Virus record (IMG/VR): IMGVR_UViG_3300020034_000022
Location: 1-52,338 of that record
DNA from: a virus
Lineage: Duplodnaviria; Caudoviricetes
Strand: one strand, 5' to 3'
DNA: 52,338 nt
The position numbers and the translations under genes are program-made. The notes below the pieces were generated by a model, which saw only the letters and a program-made list of their open reading frames with translations, was not told the DNA's origin and searched no databases. Shown here in pieces: positions 38,701 to 47,200 of this stretch. Positions within the stretch are counted from its first letter, which is position 1, and every line of letters begins with the position of its first letter.

Positions 38701-41700
38701 GCAAGACCTATTAGCCGGTATTTCCAAAGCCATCGCTGACGGCATGGCCGAGGGGATTAAGGCGGCTACGAATCAGTTTACGGAACCAGTTAAAAGCTCA
38801 CCTGAAGTGAGTGTTTCAGAGGAAAAGCAAACCAAACTCTCCCGCACAGAAGAACGCACGCCGGGTCTTGCCATCCGCGACGCCCAAGCCGTCTTCGACC
38901 GCGTAGCCAAGCGGTATAAGAATCTCCCTCCGGTCACTATCCTAAACAGTCCTGACGAATTACCCAATCGCGTAAAAGGCTTGCGTGAGGATATTCAAAA
39001 AGCACAAGCGTGGGAAGACGTAGAAGCTGCATATTACGATGGGGAAATCTTCGCCTTTGCGGATAATGTTAAAGACGAAGCACGTTTTGAGCATGTGCTA
39101 TTTACGCACGAACTCACCCACTATGGTTTAAGGGGTGTTCTAGGTACAACGCTGGACGCATCCTTAAACGGACTCATGGCCCGCAGTCCTGAACTGCGTC
39201 GTAAGGCTACCGAGCTTCGTAAAAAGTTAAACCTTGATTCCAACGTATCGGCTATGGAAGAAGCGTTAGCCGACATGCCGACGAGCGAACTCCTGCAACT
39301 GAAGGGTATCGACAAACTCTTATCTACATTAAGAAACTGGCTGAATAATCACGGCTTTACCAAACTTGCTGAACGCCTAGATACAATTCTAACCAATCGT
39401 ATTGGCGAAGAAAAAGCGGCTGATGCGTTGCTGAGTGATATTGTAAAAGCTGCTAGGGACTTTGCTAGAAACGGTAAACCCTCAAGCCAGATATACATGG
39501 GCGGCACTAGGTTTGCTGGTGTTTTCCCATCGCAGACTAACTCGCCTGAATTTAAGAAATGGTTCGGCGATAGCGTGGTGGTAGATGATGACGATAAGCC
39601 ACTGCGCGTGTATCACGGCACGCATGCCAACTTTGATACTTTCGTTGAAGGCAATAACCTAGAGAACTTTGGCGGATTATTCTTCACGAACGATCCTAGT
39701 GTAGCGTCTAGGTACGCTGGCGTTGATGAGAATTTTCCAGCGGCCGAAGTTGGTTCAATAATGCCGGTTTACCTAAAACTGGAAAATCCGCTAGTAATAG
39801 ATTTCAAAGGCAGTAAGGACGGCAGGGCTGATGCGCTGCTCAATGCGCGGGCTAATGGGCATGATGGGGCGATTCTTCGCAATAGCTTCGACGCTGGTGG
39901 TGTGCAAGACCAGTATGTAGTGTTCAATCCAGAACAAGTTAAATCCGCTATAGGCAATCGCGGTACGTTCGATGCGAACAATGCTGATGTGCGGTTTAGC
40001 CGTGCCTCATGGGACGCACCAGAACCGACCAAACTAGACAATGTAATTTACTCCCTGCAAGACAAACACATAGATACTCGAAGGGTAGTCCAAGCGATTA
40101 AGAAAAACGCAACAAACTTGGCCGACTCTGTAGACGTGTATCTTCAGGAAGAACTGTTCCACGGGCGCACGGCAAAATTAGTTGAAAGTTTCCTCTCCAA
40201 AGAGCTGAATCCGCTCATGAATCAGATGAGCATGAGAGGCATTAAATCCAAGGACGATATTAAAGCCTTCGAGAAATACCTACACGCCCGTCATGCTCAG
40301 GAACGTAACGAGCAAATAGCAAAAGTTAATCCGGCCATGCCTGACGGCGGGTCTGGTATGACGACCAAGGATGCTAAGGATTACATATCCAGCCTAGACC
40401 CTGCCAAGCAAAAGGGTTATGAAGCGCTGGCGAAAGCAGTTGATGCCATCAATGTAAAAACACGGCAGTCATTAGTAGACTATGGATTAGAGTCTCAGGA
40501 AACAATCGACGCATGGAACAATGCCTATAAGCATTACGTTCCGCTACAGCGCGAGGACATGGAAGGCGGGCCGGGACTCGGACAAGGCTTCACGGTTAAA
40601 GGCTCTGCCAGCAAACGTGCCACAGGTTCCAAGAAAACCGTTGTGGATATTCTGGCTAATATAGCCATGCAACGGGAAAAGGCGATTGTCCGTGGCGAGA
40701 AGAACAAAGTAGCAAATGCTCTAGTAGGACTTGCTACAGCTAATCCAAACGCTGACTTCTGGGAAGTGGATAACCCGCCTAAAATCAAATACATCGACCC
40801 GCGTACAGGGTTAGTCAATGAAGCCGTTGACCCCATGTATAAGTCACGAGATAACGTGGTTACGTCACGTACGCCTGATTCCACGGGGGCAATCGTAGAA
40901 CACGCAGTAATATTCGATGAAGGCGACGAACGAGCGGTACGCATGGCGAAGGCTCTGAAGAACCTGGACGCCGACCAGCTTGGCGAAGTGCTTGGTACTG
41001 TAGCTAAAATGACCCGGTACTTCGCTGCGATAAACACGCAATATAACCCCATCTTCGGCGTAGTGAACATCGTGCGTGATACTCAGGGCGCAATGCTGAA
41101 CCTTTCTACTACTCCGATAGCAGATAAGAAAGCCGAAGTCTGGAAGAACACGCTTTCAGCATTACGTGGGATTTACATTGATTTGAGAGATACACGGGCT
41201 GGTAATCAGTCCACGTCTGCATGGGCGCAGCTATTCGAGGAATTCCAGAACGAAGGTGGGCAGACGGGTTACAGGGATATGTTCCGCACGTCGAAAGACC
41301 GTGGCGAAGCTATCGAACGTGAAATTACCAAAGTCTCCGAGGGTAAGTTAAAACAGTTTGGACGTGGTGTATTCGATTGGCTGTCGGACTATAACTCCGC
41401 ACTGGAAAATGCGGTTCGTCTGTCAGCTTACAAGGTCGCTAAAGATGCTGGAATATCTAACCAGCAAGCGGCAAGCATCGCAAAAAATCTGACGGTCAAC
41501 TTTAACCGCAAGGGCCAGGTCGCCTTGCAAACTGGAGCCTTGTACGCATTCTTCAACGCTTCGGCTCAAGGTACTGCGAGACTTGCGGAAACCCTCAGAG
41601 GTCCGGCCGGCAAGAAGATTATATCCGGTGGAATTATGCTAGGCGTGGTGCAAGCGTTAGCCCTAGCCGCGGCTGGATTCGATGACGAGGAGCCGCCAGA

Positions 41701-42598
41701 CTTCGTACGTGAGCGTAACTTTATTATCCCGATAGGCGACAAGAAGTACCTGACCATCCCCATGCCTTTAGGCCTTCACTTCCTGCCAAACTTAGGACGC
41801 ATTCCTGCCGAGTTCGTGTTATCCGGATTTAAAAACCCGGCAAAGCGCATAGGATCGTTGTTCAACGTATTCGCTGACACGTTCAACCCGATAGGTAATG
41901 CGGGACTGTCATTGCAGACTATCGCGCCTACGGTAATTGATCCACTGGCAGCGTTGGCAGAAAACCGTGACTGGACGGGTAAGCCTATCGCCAAACAGAG
42001 CAACCCGCTCGCTCCTACCCCAGGACATAGACGCGCCAAGGATACCGCCAGCGCCTTCAGCAAAGCCGTCTCAGAGGGCTTGAATTGGGTATCCGGAGGG
42101 ACGGACTTCAAACCCGGATTCTTCAGTCCTACCCCTGACCAACTGGATTACCTGATAGGACAGGTCACAGGGGGTCTAGGACGCGAGGCGATGAAAGTTG
42201 AGCAGACCGTAGGCAGCGGGTTTACGGGAGAGGAACTGCCCCCCCACAAAGTCCCGCTGGTAGGCCGTTTCTACGGCGATTCTGAAGCGGGTTCCAGCCA
42301 AGCGGCGCCGTACTACGAAAACATTAAACGACTGAACGAGCACGAGGCTGAGATTAAGGGCCGTCGCAAGAGTGGACAACCAGTAAATGAGTATCTCAGT
42401 GACAATCCCGAAGCAATGTTATTCCAGCTAGGAAACAGTGTTGAGCGGAAAGTCGGCGAGCTTCAAAAACGCAAGCGTACCTTGCTGGAAAACGACGCCC
42501 CACGAGAACAGGTCAAAGCTATCGAGGAACAGATCAAGCAGCAGATGAAAACGCTCAACGAAAGAATACGCCGCGTTCAGGATCGAATAGCAGCATAA
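35702..42598 (+). CDS. 2298-aa polyvalent ejection protein: GH73 muramidase, PPase-like, HExxH peptidase, ART-like and LPD38-like domains
   Basis: LETGWG/NNLGNIK/GYAEDP.Y; HYGYVKG..HVDVF..VFVVDQ; HELTH; FKKWFGDS..VYHGT..QYVVF.PEQVKS; TVNFNRKG and EN.DWTGKPI. Confidence 0.85.
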   Translation: MASIFDELDNQFYSAKDRIPSGSPREFADSVAPMLQPVADRLGVDPYLLAAQFGLETGWGKSVIRGTNNLGNIKDFSGSGVAATDNMTGSRDKYRAYDSPQAFADDYATLIEKRYPNAVGAGDDPVKFASALKAGGYAEDPAYVSKIEAAYKAVRNGEAKPSKSVFDDLDDQYYKQQTPKAPVSIKRSAGEAISDVTKSVAQGVGQTIEGIGTLYGLASGDMNNGLRDLGKTTGDYWENARSEGLKEREVQRKQRIDSVETNAGKFGTAIWETVKDPALLSTIIGQNIPMLVPGAVIGRAGRAVGAAAGLGERGVNLATVGSAITGNAVMQGSDVAGDAYDSAMALPQELWEKNSAYLTLSEQVGPAKAKESMARDMALKAGVYGALISAGVNSIPGMQSVEKLLTGTLRASGQGAVKGALGGTLKEAGTEAIEEGGGKAVGNLALQAVDPTRPLDKDVAEAAGLGAAGGGPFGAVAGGIQGRVAPAALQREPTLAPTVPQREPVTTAEGVARVQAAPTVEAAAEEAERAIFAPLEGDVGKTVAEGLSIPRIAGLLPAPNEALPVTAQGQAITPEQAATVQNQQLTERLDIDRDGLGLTPDVQRAQVARAESAQAETAIQIAFQQAQERAAARQTAETSQQVEAPAPVAAPVSAESTQSPVISHPPVNISHPVQETRTAAKNEQPTSDVVPQKASGGVGDFVGTGAKANIPAGKQLKAPDISTSETIPQKSPEADGIRPHLETLVKRRAVAKQLGYERTFNAAVEKAKAAMKGETINPRVFETYAKAFAKDEQSANAMRGIAAGIKTKASSVDAAANQAATSAENKLPEPTEAQRDAGNFPMGHTNVGGLDISVEHPAGTKRRPEWPTLDSHYGYVKGVAARAPDKEHVDVFVKPGTAEDYSGSVFVVDQNHEDGTYDEPKIMVGHATEAEAREAYLKNYTKGWKSRVRGITPLTMDEFKAKLNDANGFSKPQVAETPAPVEAKPEPAKLDKPATEVDKAQDLLAGISKAIADGMAEGIKAATNQFTEPVKSSPEVSVSEEKQTKLSRTEERTPGLAIRDAQAVFDRVAKRYKNLPPVTILNSPDELPNRVKGLREDIQKAQAWEDVEAAYYDGEIFAFADNVKDEARFEHVLFTHELTHYGLRGVLGTTLDASLNGLMARSPELRRKATELRKKLNLDSNVSAMEEALADMPTSELLQLKGIDKLLSTLRNWLNNHGFTKLAERLDTILTNRIGEEKAADALLSDIVKAARDFARNGKPSSQIYMGGTRFAGVFPSQTNSPEFKKWFGDSVVVDDDDKPLRVYHGTHANFDTFVEGNNLENFGGLFFTNDPSVASRYAGVDENFPAAEVGSIMPVYLKLENPLVIDFKGSKDGRADALLNARANGHDGAILRNSFDAGGVQDQYVVFNPEQVKSAIGNRGTFDANNADVRFSRASWDAPEPTKLDNVIYSLQDKHIDTRRVVQAIKKNATNLADSVDVYLQEELFHGRTAKLVESFLSKELNPLMNQMSMRGIKSKDDIKAFEKYLHARHAQERNEQIAKVNPAMPDGGSGMTTKDAKDYISSLDPAKQKGYEALAKAVDAINVKTRQSLVDYGLESQETIDAWNNAYKHYVPLQREDMEGGPGLGQGFTVKGSASKRATGSKKTVVDILANIAMQREKAIVRGEKNKVANALVGLATANPNADFWEVDNPPKIKYIDPRTGLVNEAVDPMYKSRDNVVTSRTPDSTGAIVEHAVIFDEGDERAVRMAKALKNLDADQLGEVLGTVAKMTRYFAAINTQYNPIFGVVNIVRDTQGAMLNLSTTPIADKKAEVWKNTLSALRGIYIDLRDTRAGNQSTSAWAQLFEEFQNEGGQTGYRDMFRTSKDRGEAIEREITKVSEGKLKQFGRGVFDWLSDYNSALENAVRLSAYKVAKDAGISNQQAASIAKNLTVNFNRKGQVALQTGALYAFFNASAQGTARLAETLRGPAGKKIISGGIMLGVVQALALAAAGFDDEEPPDFVRERNFIIPIGDKKYLTIPMPLGLHFLPNLGRIPAEFVLSGFKNPAKRIGSLFNVFADTFNPIGNAGLSLQTIAPTVIDPLAALAENRDWTGKPIAKQSNPLAPTPGHRRAKDTASAFSKAVSEGLNWVSGGTDFKPGFFSPTPDQLDYLIGQVTGGLGREAMKVEQTVGSGFTGEELPPHKVPLVGRFYGDSEAGSSQAAPYYENIKRLNEHEAEIKGRRKSGQPVNEYLSDNPEAMLFQLGNSVERKVGELQKRKRTLLENDAPREQVKAIEEQIKQQMKTLNERIRRVQDRIAA

Positions 42599-42728
42599 AG
42601 GCGTAGTACACGGCTGGGGCAAGCAACAGCGCCCACATGACAAGGAGATGGTTTTCTCTCTGTCGCTCGTTGGTTCGAGTGAAATAGATGGCCAGGACGA
42701 TTAGCCATACTACCGCTAGGGCTTCCAT
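42555..42728 (-). CDS. 57-aa two-TM protein, probably leaderless (absent from the ORF track)
   Basis: MEALAVVWLIVLAIYF...LLVMWALLLAPAVYYAFMLLF; TATAAT lies 7 nt before the ATG. Confidence 0.55.
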   Translation of the reverse strand: MEALAVVWLIVLAIYFTRTNERQRENHLLVMWALLLAPAVYYAFMLLFDPERGVFFR

Positions 42729-42770
42729 GGGCCATATTATACGCCATGTACGCTGCGGAGAAGATGGGGA

Positions 42771-43028
42771 TTAAGTAGGTTTGCGCACGATTTTGTAACT
42801 GCTTTCAGAGCCTGATCCTATTATCTGAATCATCCCGCCTCCCCAAAAGTACATTGACGGGTAATGCTGGTAGAAATTGCCGGATAGGGGAGTTGCATAG
42901 AATCTGGCTAAAGTGTCCTCCCATGAATAGCCCTTCCTCACACTCACCGGCATCAAAGAAGAAGCTCTTACGATAGCCGGAGCGGTTAAGGTGGCAATGC
43001 ATACCGACAGGAAGGAGCGGCGGTTCAT
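42771..43028 (-). CDS. protein with twin-arginine-type N-terminus
   Basis: MNRRSFL followed by a hydrophobic stretch. Confidence 0.65.
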   Translation of the reverse strand: MNRRSFLSVCIATLTAPAIVRASSLMPVSVRKGYSWEDTLARFYATPLSGNFYQHYPSMYFWGGGMIQIIGSGSESSYKIVRKPT

Positions 43029-43225
43029 GGCTTCTGACCGCTTTTGTCTAGCTTTTTAGCATATCCCAAAATGGGCGCGTCCATTTTATCGAGTATTGGA
43101 TTCGCGCTCTCCATAAGATTGAGAAATGAAGCGAAATCCTCTGGACTCAACTCTGCTTTAGCAAGGGCTATAGACTGCTCTCGCAAATCTTTAAAAAAGT
43201 TACGCAACACTCGTTCACAATTCAT
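43025..43225 (-). CDS. hypothetical protein
   Basis: coupled at both ends. Confidence 0.55.
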   Translation of the reverse strand: MNCERVLRNFFKDLREQSIALAKAELSPEDFASFLNLMESANPILDKMDAPILGYAKKLDKSGQKP

Positions 43226-44532
43226 TTAGACCATCCCTCGTTCAATACTATAGGTAACGATGGCCGGCGCATGGCTTCCTTTTTGTCGGAGACTGACTTG
43301 CGCAGATTCCAGCCCAAGTCGCCACTAACATTTTCCAGAACATACTCGTACGCTTTTAAAATCAGTCCTTGCTGGCGAAGCTGGTCTAACAAGAACTCGA
43401 ATTTACTGCTACGCCATTCAAGATGCTGCCTTGACTGTTGTTTTATCGTGGCCTTGTGTTGCTTAACTTCCGCCAGCACCGCCTTGAGGCGGGATTCAAG
43501 TTCACCACTGCGGATACCCTCCTTTAAGCAGGCGGAGCGTGCGGCTTCCAGTTCGGCCTCGGCGAGTTCGGCACGCTTCTGAGTTCTTGCCATTTCATCA
43601 GCGAGAACAGTTACGGCTTGCAGCGGATTTGAGAAACAATATGCTTGCGGCCAGTAGCCCATTATGTAATCAACGATTTGCTTAATTTCTCCTTGCGCTT
43701 CGTCACGTTCGCGCAGAGCGGCGGCGAGTTCACGCTCAAGCTTTCGGCCTAAGTCTTGGAGAATAAACCTTCCCTTTGGCCTAACAATTTTGTCGTCAAC
43801 ATCGAACAGGCCGACAATTAAACCTCTGTCGCTTCGTGGCGTTTCCCCACCCTCACGCGCAGGCTCGGCTTGGGCTGCTGCGCCTTGCATGTGACTTAAT
43901 TTCGTTAAATAATCCGGAAGCGCCACTTCGTGCCTGGTAAACATTGGATACCCTTTGACTGGATTGTCCACGCAGCTGCACATCACGATCATTCCGTTGT
44001 AAACGCCTTCGTTGTAGCAGCGCATGTAGGGGTCTGGTTCGTCTCGTGCCGCTTCTGCAAACTGAGTTTTGAGTATGTCGGCGTGGCGTTCGATCAATGG
44101 CATGGCTGCTGCGGGCGGTGCGCGGCAGAGTGGGACATCGAAGAAACTCAAATCCTCTTGCGCACCGACTATGACTTTGTACCTATTTGTTATTACAGAT
44201 TCGGCGCTCGATGTCATCCAAGCCACCGGCTCGCCAGGTGGATGGCGGTAGAGCGGAACGCATCCATCGCCACAGTATTCGTTTCCATCCGCTTTTGGAT
44301 AGAATTCACATTCATCTTCATGCCAGTACCCGAATGGCTCGCCTCCTTCCATTGTTCTTACCTTATCTAAAAAGTCGCATGTAGGTTGCTCACTCGCTGA
44401 CGCGGCGAGGGCTGCGTCAATTTCGGTGACAATAAGTGTCGCTTCTGCGGCATCACAAGAATTCAGCAAATGATTCCTGATTTTTTGCAGCAGGTCCGGC
44501 AGCACTTCGCGTGCGGCGAGGGATTTGGTCAT
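43222..44532 (-). CDS. mosaic early protein (EPVAW segments, coiled coil; Ead/Ea22-like)
   Basis: two EP..W...PL.R.PP segments; ATGA-coupled start at 44532. Confidence 0.6.
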   Translation of the reverse strand: MTKSLAAREVLPDLLQKIRNHLLNSCDAAEATLIVTEIDAALAASASEQPTCDFLDKVRTMEGGEPFGYWHEDECEFYPKADGNEYCGDGCVPLYRHPPGEPVAWMTSSAESVITNRYKVIVGAQEDLSFFDVPLCRAPPAAAMPLIERHADILKTQFAEAARDEPDPYMRCYNEGVYNGMIVMCSCVDNPVKGYPMFTRHEVALPDYLTKLSHMQGAAAQAEPAREGGETPRSDRGLIVGLFDVDDKIVRPKGRFILQDLGRKLERELAAALRERDEAQGEIKQIVDYIMGYWPQAYCFSNPLQAVTVLADEMARTQKRAELAEAELEAARSACLKEGIRSGELESRLKAVLAEVKQHKATIKQQSRQHLEWRSSKFEFLLDQLRQQGLILKAYEYVLENVSGDLGWNLRKSVSDKKEAMRRPSLPIVLNEGWSK

Positions 44533-44744
44533 TTGAGCTTGCCATCCGCGTGCAGTTTGTTTAAAAGTAGAACTTGTGAATGCACGCATGATTCAAGCAC
44601 TGCAAGCGGCATATTTATGACAATGTCAGTTCTACCGTTAGCGAGACGTTCAACTACTTTTACTCGATCTTGATCGTTGTCGCCTGTGTTGCAAATATCA
44701 TCTGCGTATGGCTTCATCCACTTCGGCATTTTCCATTTTTTCAT
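44529..44744 (-). CDS. hypothetical protein
   Basis: coupled ORF. Confidence 0.55.
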   Translation of the reverse strand: MKKWKMPKWMKPYADDICNTGDNDQDRVKVVERLANGRTDIVINMPLAVLESCVHSQVLLLNKLHADGKLK

Positions 44745-45067
44745 TTCACCCTTCCTTTTTCGGCGTCAATAGCAGCGTCAGCTTCGTCACCTTGAAGCCA
44801 TGACGTTGTGATTTGCGATTCAACGGAATCTTCATCCTCGTCCTCGCAAAGCCAGTTATCCAAGGCGATAAATGGATGCCCGTTATCATCACGATCTGCC
44901 GTATTACGCAGCCAGCGATAACGCGCAGCATCGGCTTGCAGGGCGGCTACATAATCAAATACAGCCTTGCGCTTTGCGCCATAGCCAGCAATGGATGGCT
45001 TATCGGAGTCCGCAGCGTGCATCATTGCATTCAGCAGGTATTCAAACGTGCGATCAGGTGCAGTCAT
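44741..45067 (-). CDS. hypothetical protein (DAARYRWLR type)
   Basis: common phage early-gene motif DAARYRWLR...DAAID. Confidence 0.65.
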   Translation of the reverse strand: MTAPDRTFEYLLNAMMHAADSDKPSIAGYGAKRKAVFDYVAALQADAARYRWLRNTADRDDNGHPFIALDNWLCEDEDEDSVESQITTSWLQGDEADAAIDAEKGRVK

Positions 45068-45465
45068 GATTGCGTTCCTTTTTCGGCGTCGATTGCCAGA
45101 AAAACATCTATGTAGCCACGGTTAGGTTTGTCTCCACCTTGCGCTAATCCTGCTTTGTAAGCTCGGTATGCTTCGATCAGTAGCGCAGCATTGGCTTGCA
45201 GGGCGGCTATCTGCCAGTCAAGCTCCTTAAGTAAGTCGGCAACGCTGTCGCCGTGACCAGTTGCAAAACTGTTTTTTATCATCCATGCAGCAACTTCTTG
45301 CTTGGTGGAGGCCATCTGCTCGGTGGCGGCGAGGTGTAGGAGTTCGTACGACTGAACTAATACAAAACGCGGCTCAACGCCGGTTTCGCAACGGTATCCG
45401 TCTGCGTCATACAGTTTCGGCTCATCCGGCAGTCCTGCGGGCGCGGCTTGTTTCAAAATGGGCAC
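45064..45465 (-). CDS. hypothetical protein
   Basis: WMI..SFATGHGD motif; shares short repeats with its neighbour. Confidence 0.6.
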   Translation of the reverse strand: MPILKQAAPAGLPDEPKLYDADGYRCETGVEPRFVLVQSYELLHLAATEQMASTKQEVAAWMIKNSFATGHGDSVADLLKELDWQIAALQANAALLIEAYRAYKAGLAQGGDKPNRGYIDVFLAIDAEKGTQS

Positions 45466-46034
45466 TCGCTAGGGTTAGGCACTAAGTCTAATTCAGGCGT
45501 CTTTATCATGGCGTGACCCATTTCTGCCCGCCACTCTTGCCAAGCCGCAGAAATAGCGCCAGTTCCGGGAAAAATATCATCAAGCGTGTCAGTTGGTTCC
45601 GCCCCAAGCATTTCAAATGCCCAGCGTGCCACAGCTCGCGGCTTTGCTCCGGTGAGTCCTTTTTTCATGGTGATGGACTCCGATACCCAATCGCGCATGA
45701 CAATGCGGCCGCGAACTACCGGCTTACGAACAGCCCGCACTATTACCGGCTCCCAAGCGTAGGCAACGCTGACGTTTTTCTTGAACGCAGCAAACGGCTT
45801 TACCCATGCCATCAGGCGACAGTCGCTAGGAATGAGCGGCAGGATTCCCCCAAGCGTCGTGCTGGCGGTGTGCAGAACAAACCCATCGTAATCGGCTATC
45901 AGACGCGCCACTAATGCAACGTGGTCTACTTCGCCAGCGTAGTCGGCATGGTCTTTGTAAAGATGCGAGCAGCCGGGATATGGCGGGTCGGCGTAGGCGA
46001 TTCGTGCAATCGCGGCTGGTTTCATTTCAGACAT
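45453..46034 (-). CDS. small amino-DNA methyltransferase (beta-type motif order)
   Basis: DPPY near the N-terminus; DIFPGTG near the C-terminus. Confidence 0.75.
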   Translation of the reverse strand: MSEMKPAAIARIAYADPPYPGCSHLYKDHADYAGEVDHVALVARLIADYDGFVLHTASTTLGGILPLIPSDCRLMAWVKPFAAFKKNVSVAYAWEPVIVRAVRKPVVRGRIVMRDWVSESITMKKGLTGAKPRAVARWAFEMLGAEPTDTLDDIFPGTGAISAAWQEWRAEMGHAMIKTPELDLVPNPSECPF

Positions 46035-46036
46035 AT

Positions 46037-46351
46037 TTATCCTATGGGTGCGCGGTCAGGGGTGGCGTAAGGCCCGCACAATGCGTAAACGGCGTTTTGA
46101 ACTAAAGCGTCTGGATCAAAATCGCTCCCCTTGCCGTTCATCGTCGCGCCACGAATTGCGTAACGAATGGCGGCTATCACTTCTGCTTGGCTGTGATGAT
46201 CCAATATTGGATGCGGTGTATCGGCGCTGGTATCTCGCACTGAATCCCATTCTTGGCACCGAGGCGCATATAGCCAATGGTCTTTAGGGAGCGGAAACGA
46301 TACCGTGCTGAATGCTGAACCGTCAGGCAAAACCGTTACTTTGTTGTTCAT
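46037..46351 (-). CDS. hypothetical protein
   Basis: SD plus repeat-led start. Confidence 0.6.
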   Translation of the reverse strand: MNNKVTVLPDGSAFSTVSFPLPKDHWLYAPRCQEWDSVRDTSADTPHPILDHHSQAEVIAAIRYAIRGATMNGKGSDFDPDALVQNAVYALCGPYATPDRAPIG

Positions 46352-46382
46352 ATTTCTCTCTACGCTATCTAAATGCGTGCGG

Positions 46383-46508
46383 CTACATCATTAAATGCAA
46401 AAAGTGTTCCACCACAGCGCCAACGATGTAGCAAAGTAATCCGTAGCAAACTATTCGCAGAAGCGGGCGCGTCAGTGGCTTGCCGTCAATAAGGATTTCA
46501 ATGCTCAT
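46383..46508 (-). CDS. 41-aa single-TM protein (absent from the ORF track)
   Basis: MSIEILIDGKPLTRPLLRIVCYGLLCYIVGAVVEHFLHLMM; GAGG SD. Confidence 0.5.
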   Translation of the reverse strand: MSIEILIDGKPLTRPLLRIVCYGLLCYIVGAVVEHFLHLMM

Positions 46509-46537
46509 TTTTTCCTCTACGCTATAAATGCGGGTGG

Positions 46538-46921
46538 TCAGGGGGTGGCGGTATAGTTTTTGTGCTTCGCCGCCATGTGCCGCGCTAGCTGTGAGAATGT
46601 CCGGTTACAACAGGGGCACGTACCGGCAGCGACCCGTTTTTTAAGGTTCGCAGTCTTGCGCTCTAGCTTTACCTTTTCCGCTTCGGCTTCATTTAGGCGT
46701 GAACGGGTCGTAAAGTGTCTCGACTTTTCTTCCTCAAGCAGCCGTTGGTATTTTGCTGCGTCGGATTCTCTGTAAACCCGCTGGTGCCCGTTTGGGCAAT
46801 ACCATTCCTCGCCAGTCTTTTGTTTTTCTGCGCGCCAATCTTCGGGAGCCGCGAAAGATATGCCGCACTTCCCGCAATGCATGTCGGTAAGCTCAATGAG
46901 TTTCGTAACTGCGTATCCCAT
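46538..46921 (-). CDS. Zn-finger/coiled-coil protein
   Basis: CGKCG..WYCPNGH; CPCCNRTF..LARHMAAKH. Confidence 0.7.
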   Translation of the reverse strand: MGYAVTKLIELTDMHCGKCGISFAAPEDWRAEKQKTGEEWYCPNGHQRVYRESDAAKYQRLLEEEKSRHFTTRSRLNEAEAEKVKLERKTANLKKRVAAGTCPCCNRTFSQLARHMAAKHKNYTATP

Positions 46922-46939
46922 AAAATCCCCTCTACGCTA

Positions 46940-47200
46940 ACTGCAACAATGTTGATTTAATTGAACAAAAATTCGGGTAAAGCGGCCAAGAAGATTTCTC
47001 TACGTTGCCTCGTAACGCCTTGATTTTTATAGACCTGATTCCCGGAAATTGGGAAAGGTTTTGTAGATGACTGCCGAGAAAATTAGGCAGTGAAATCAGA
47101 GAATTACGTGCGATCAGTGCCCATTTGATGGGATAATAAAATGGCATTGTTTTATAAGGACTTTTTGACATTCGTTTGTTTAGTTCTCTCCGTTTGGATA
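46940..47200. other. probable attP region
   Basis: AT-rich, 3' of the integrase; IHF consensus WATCARN4TTR at 47013-47025 (-) and 47094-47106 (+). Confidence 0.55.

Larger units (their letters stand above)
46358..46939 (-). repeat. TAGCGTAGAG repeat upstream of three consecutive start codons
   Basis: copies at 46358-46367, 46515-46524 and 46930-46939. Confidence 0.8.

Noticed and set aside
46932-47171. 79-aa ORF downstream of the integrase
   Set aside because: Overlaps the AT-rich attP-like region with IHF sites; no protein-like features
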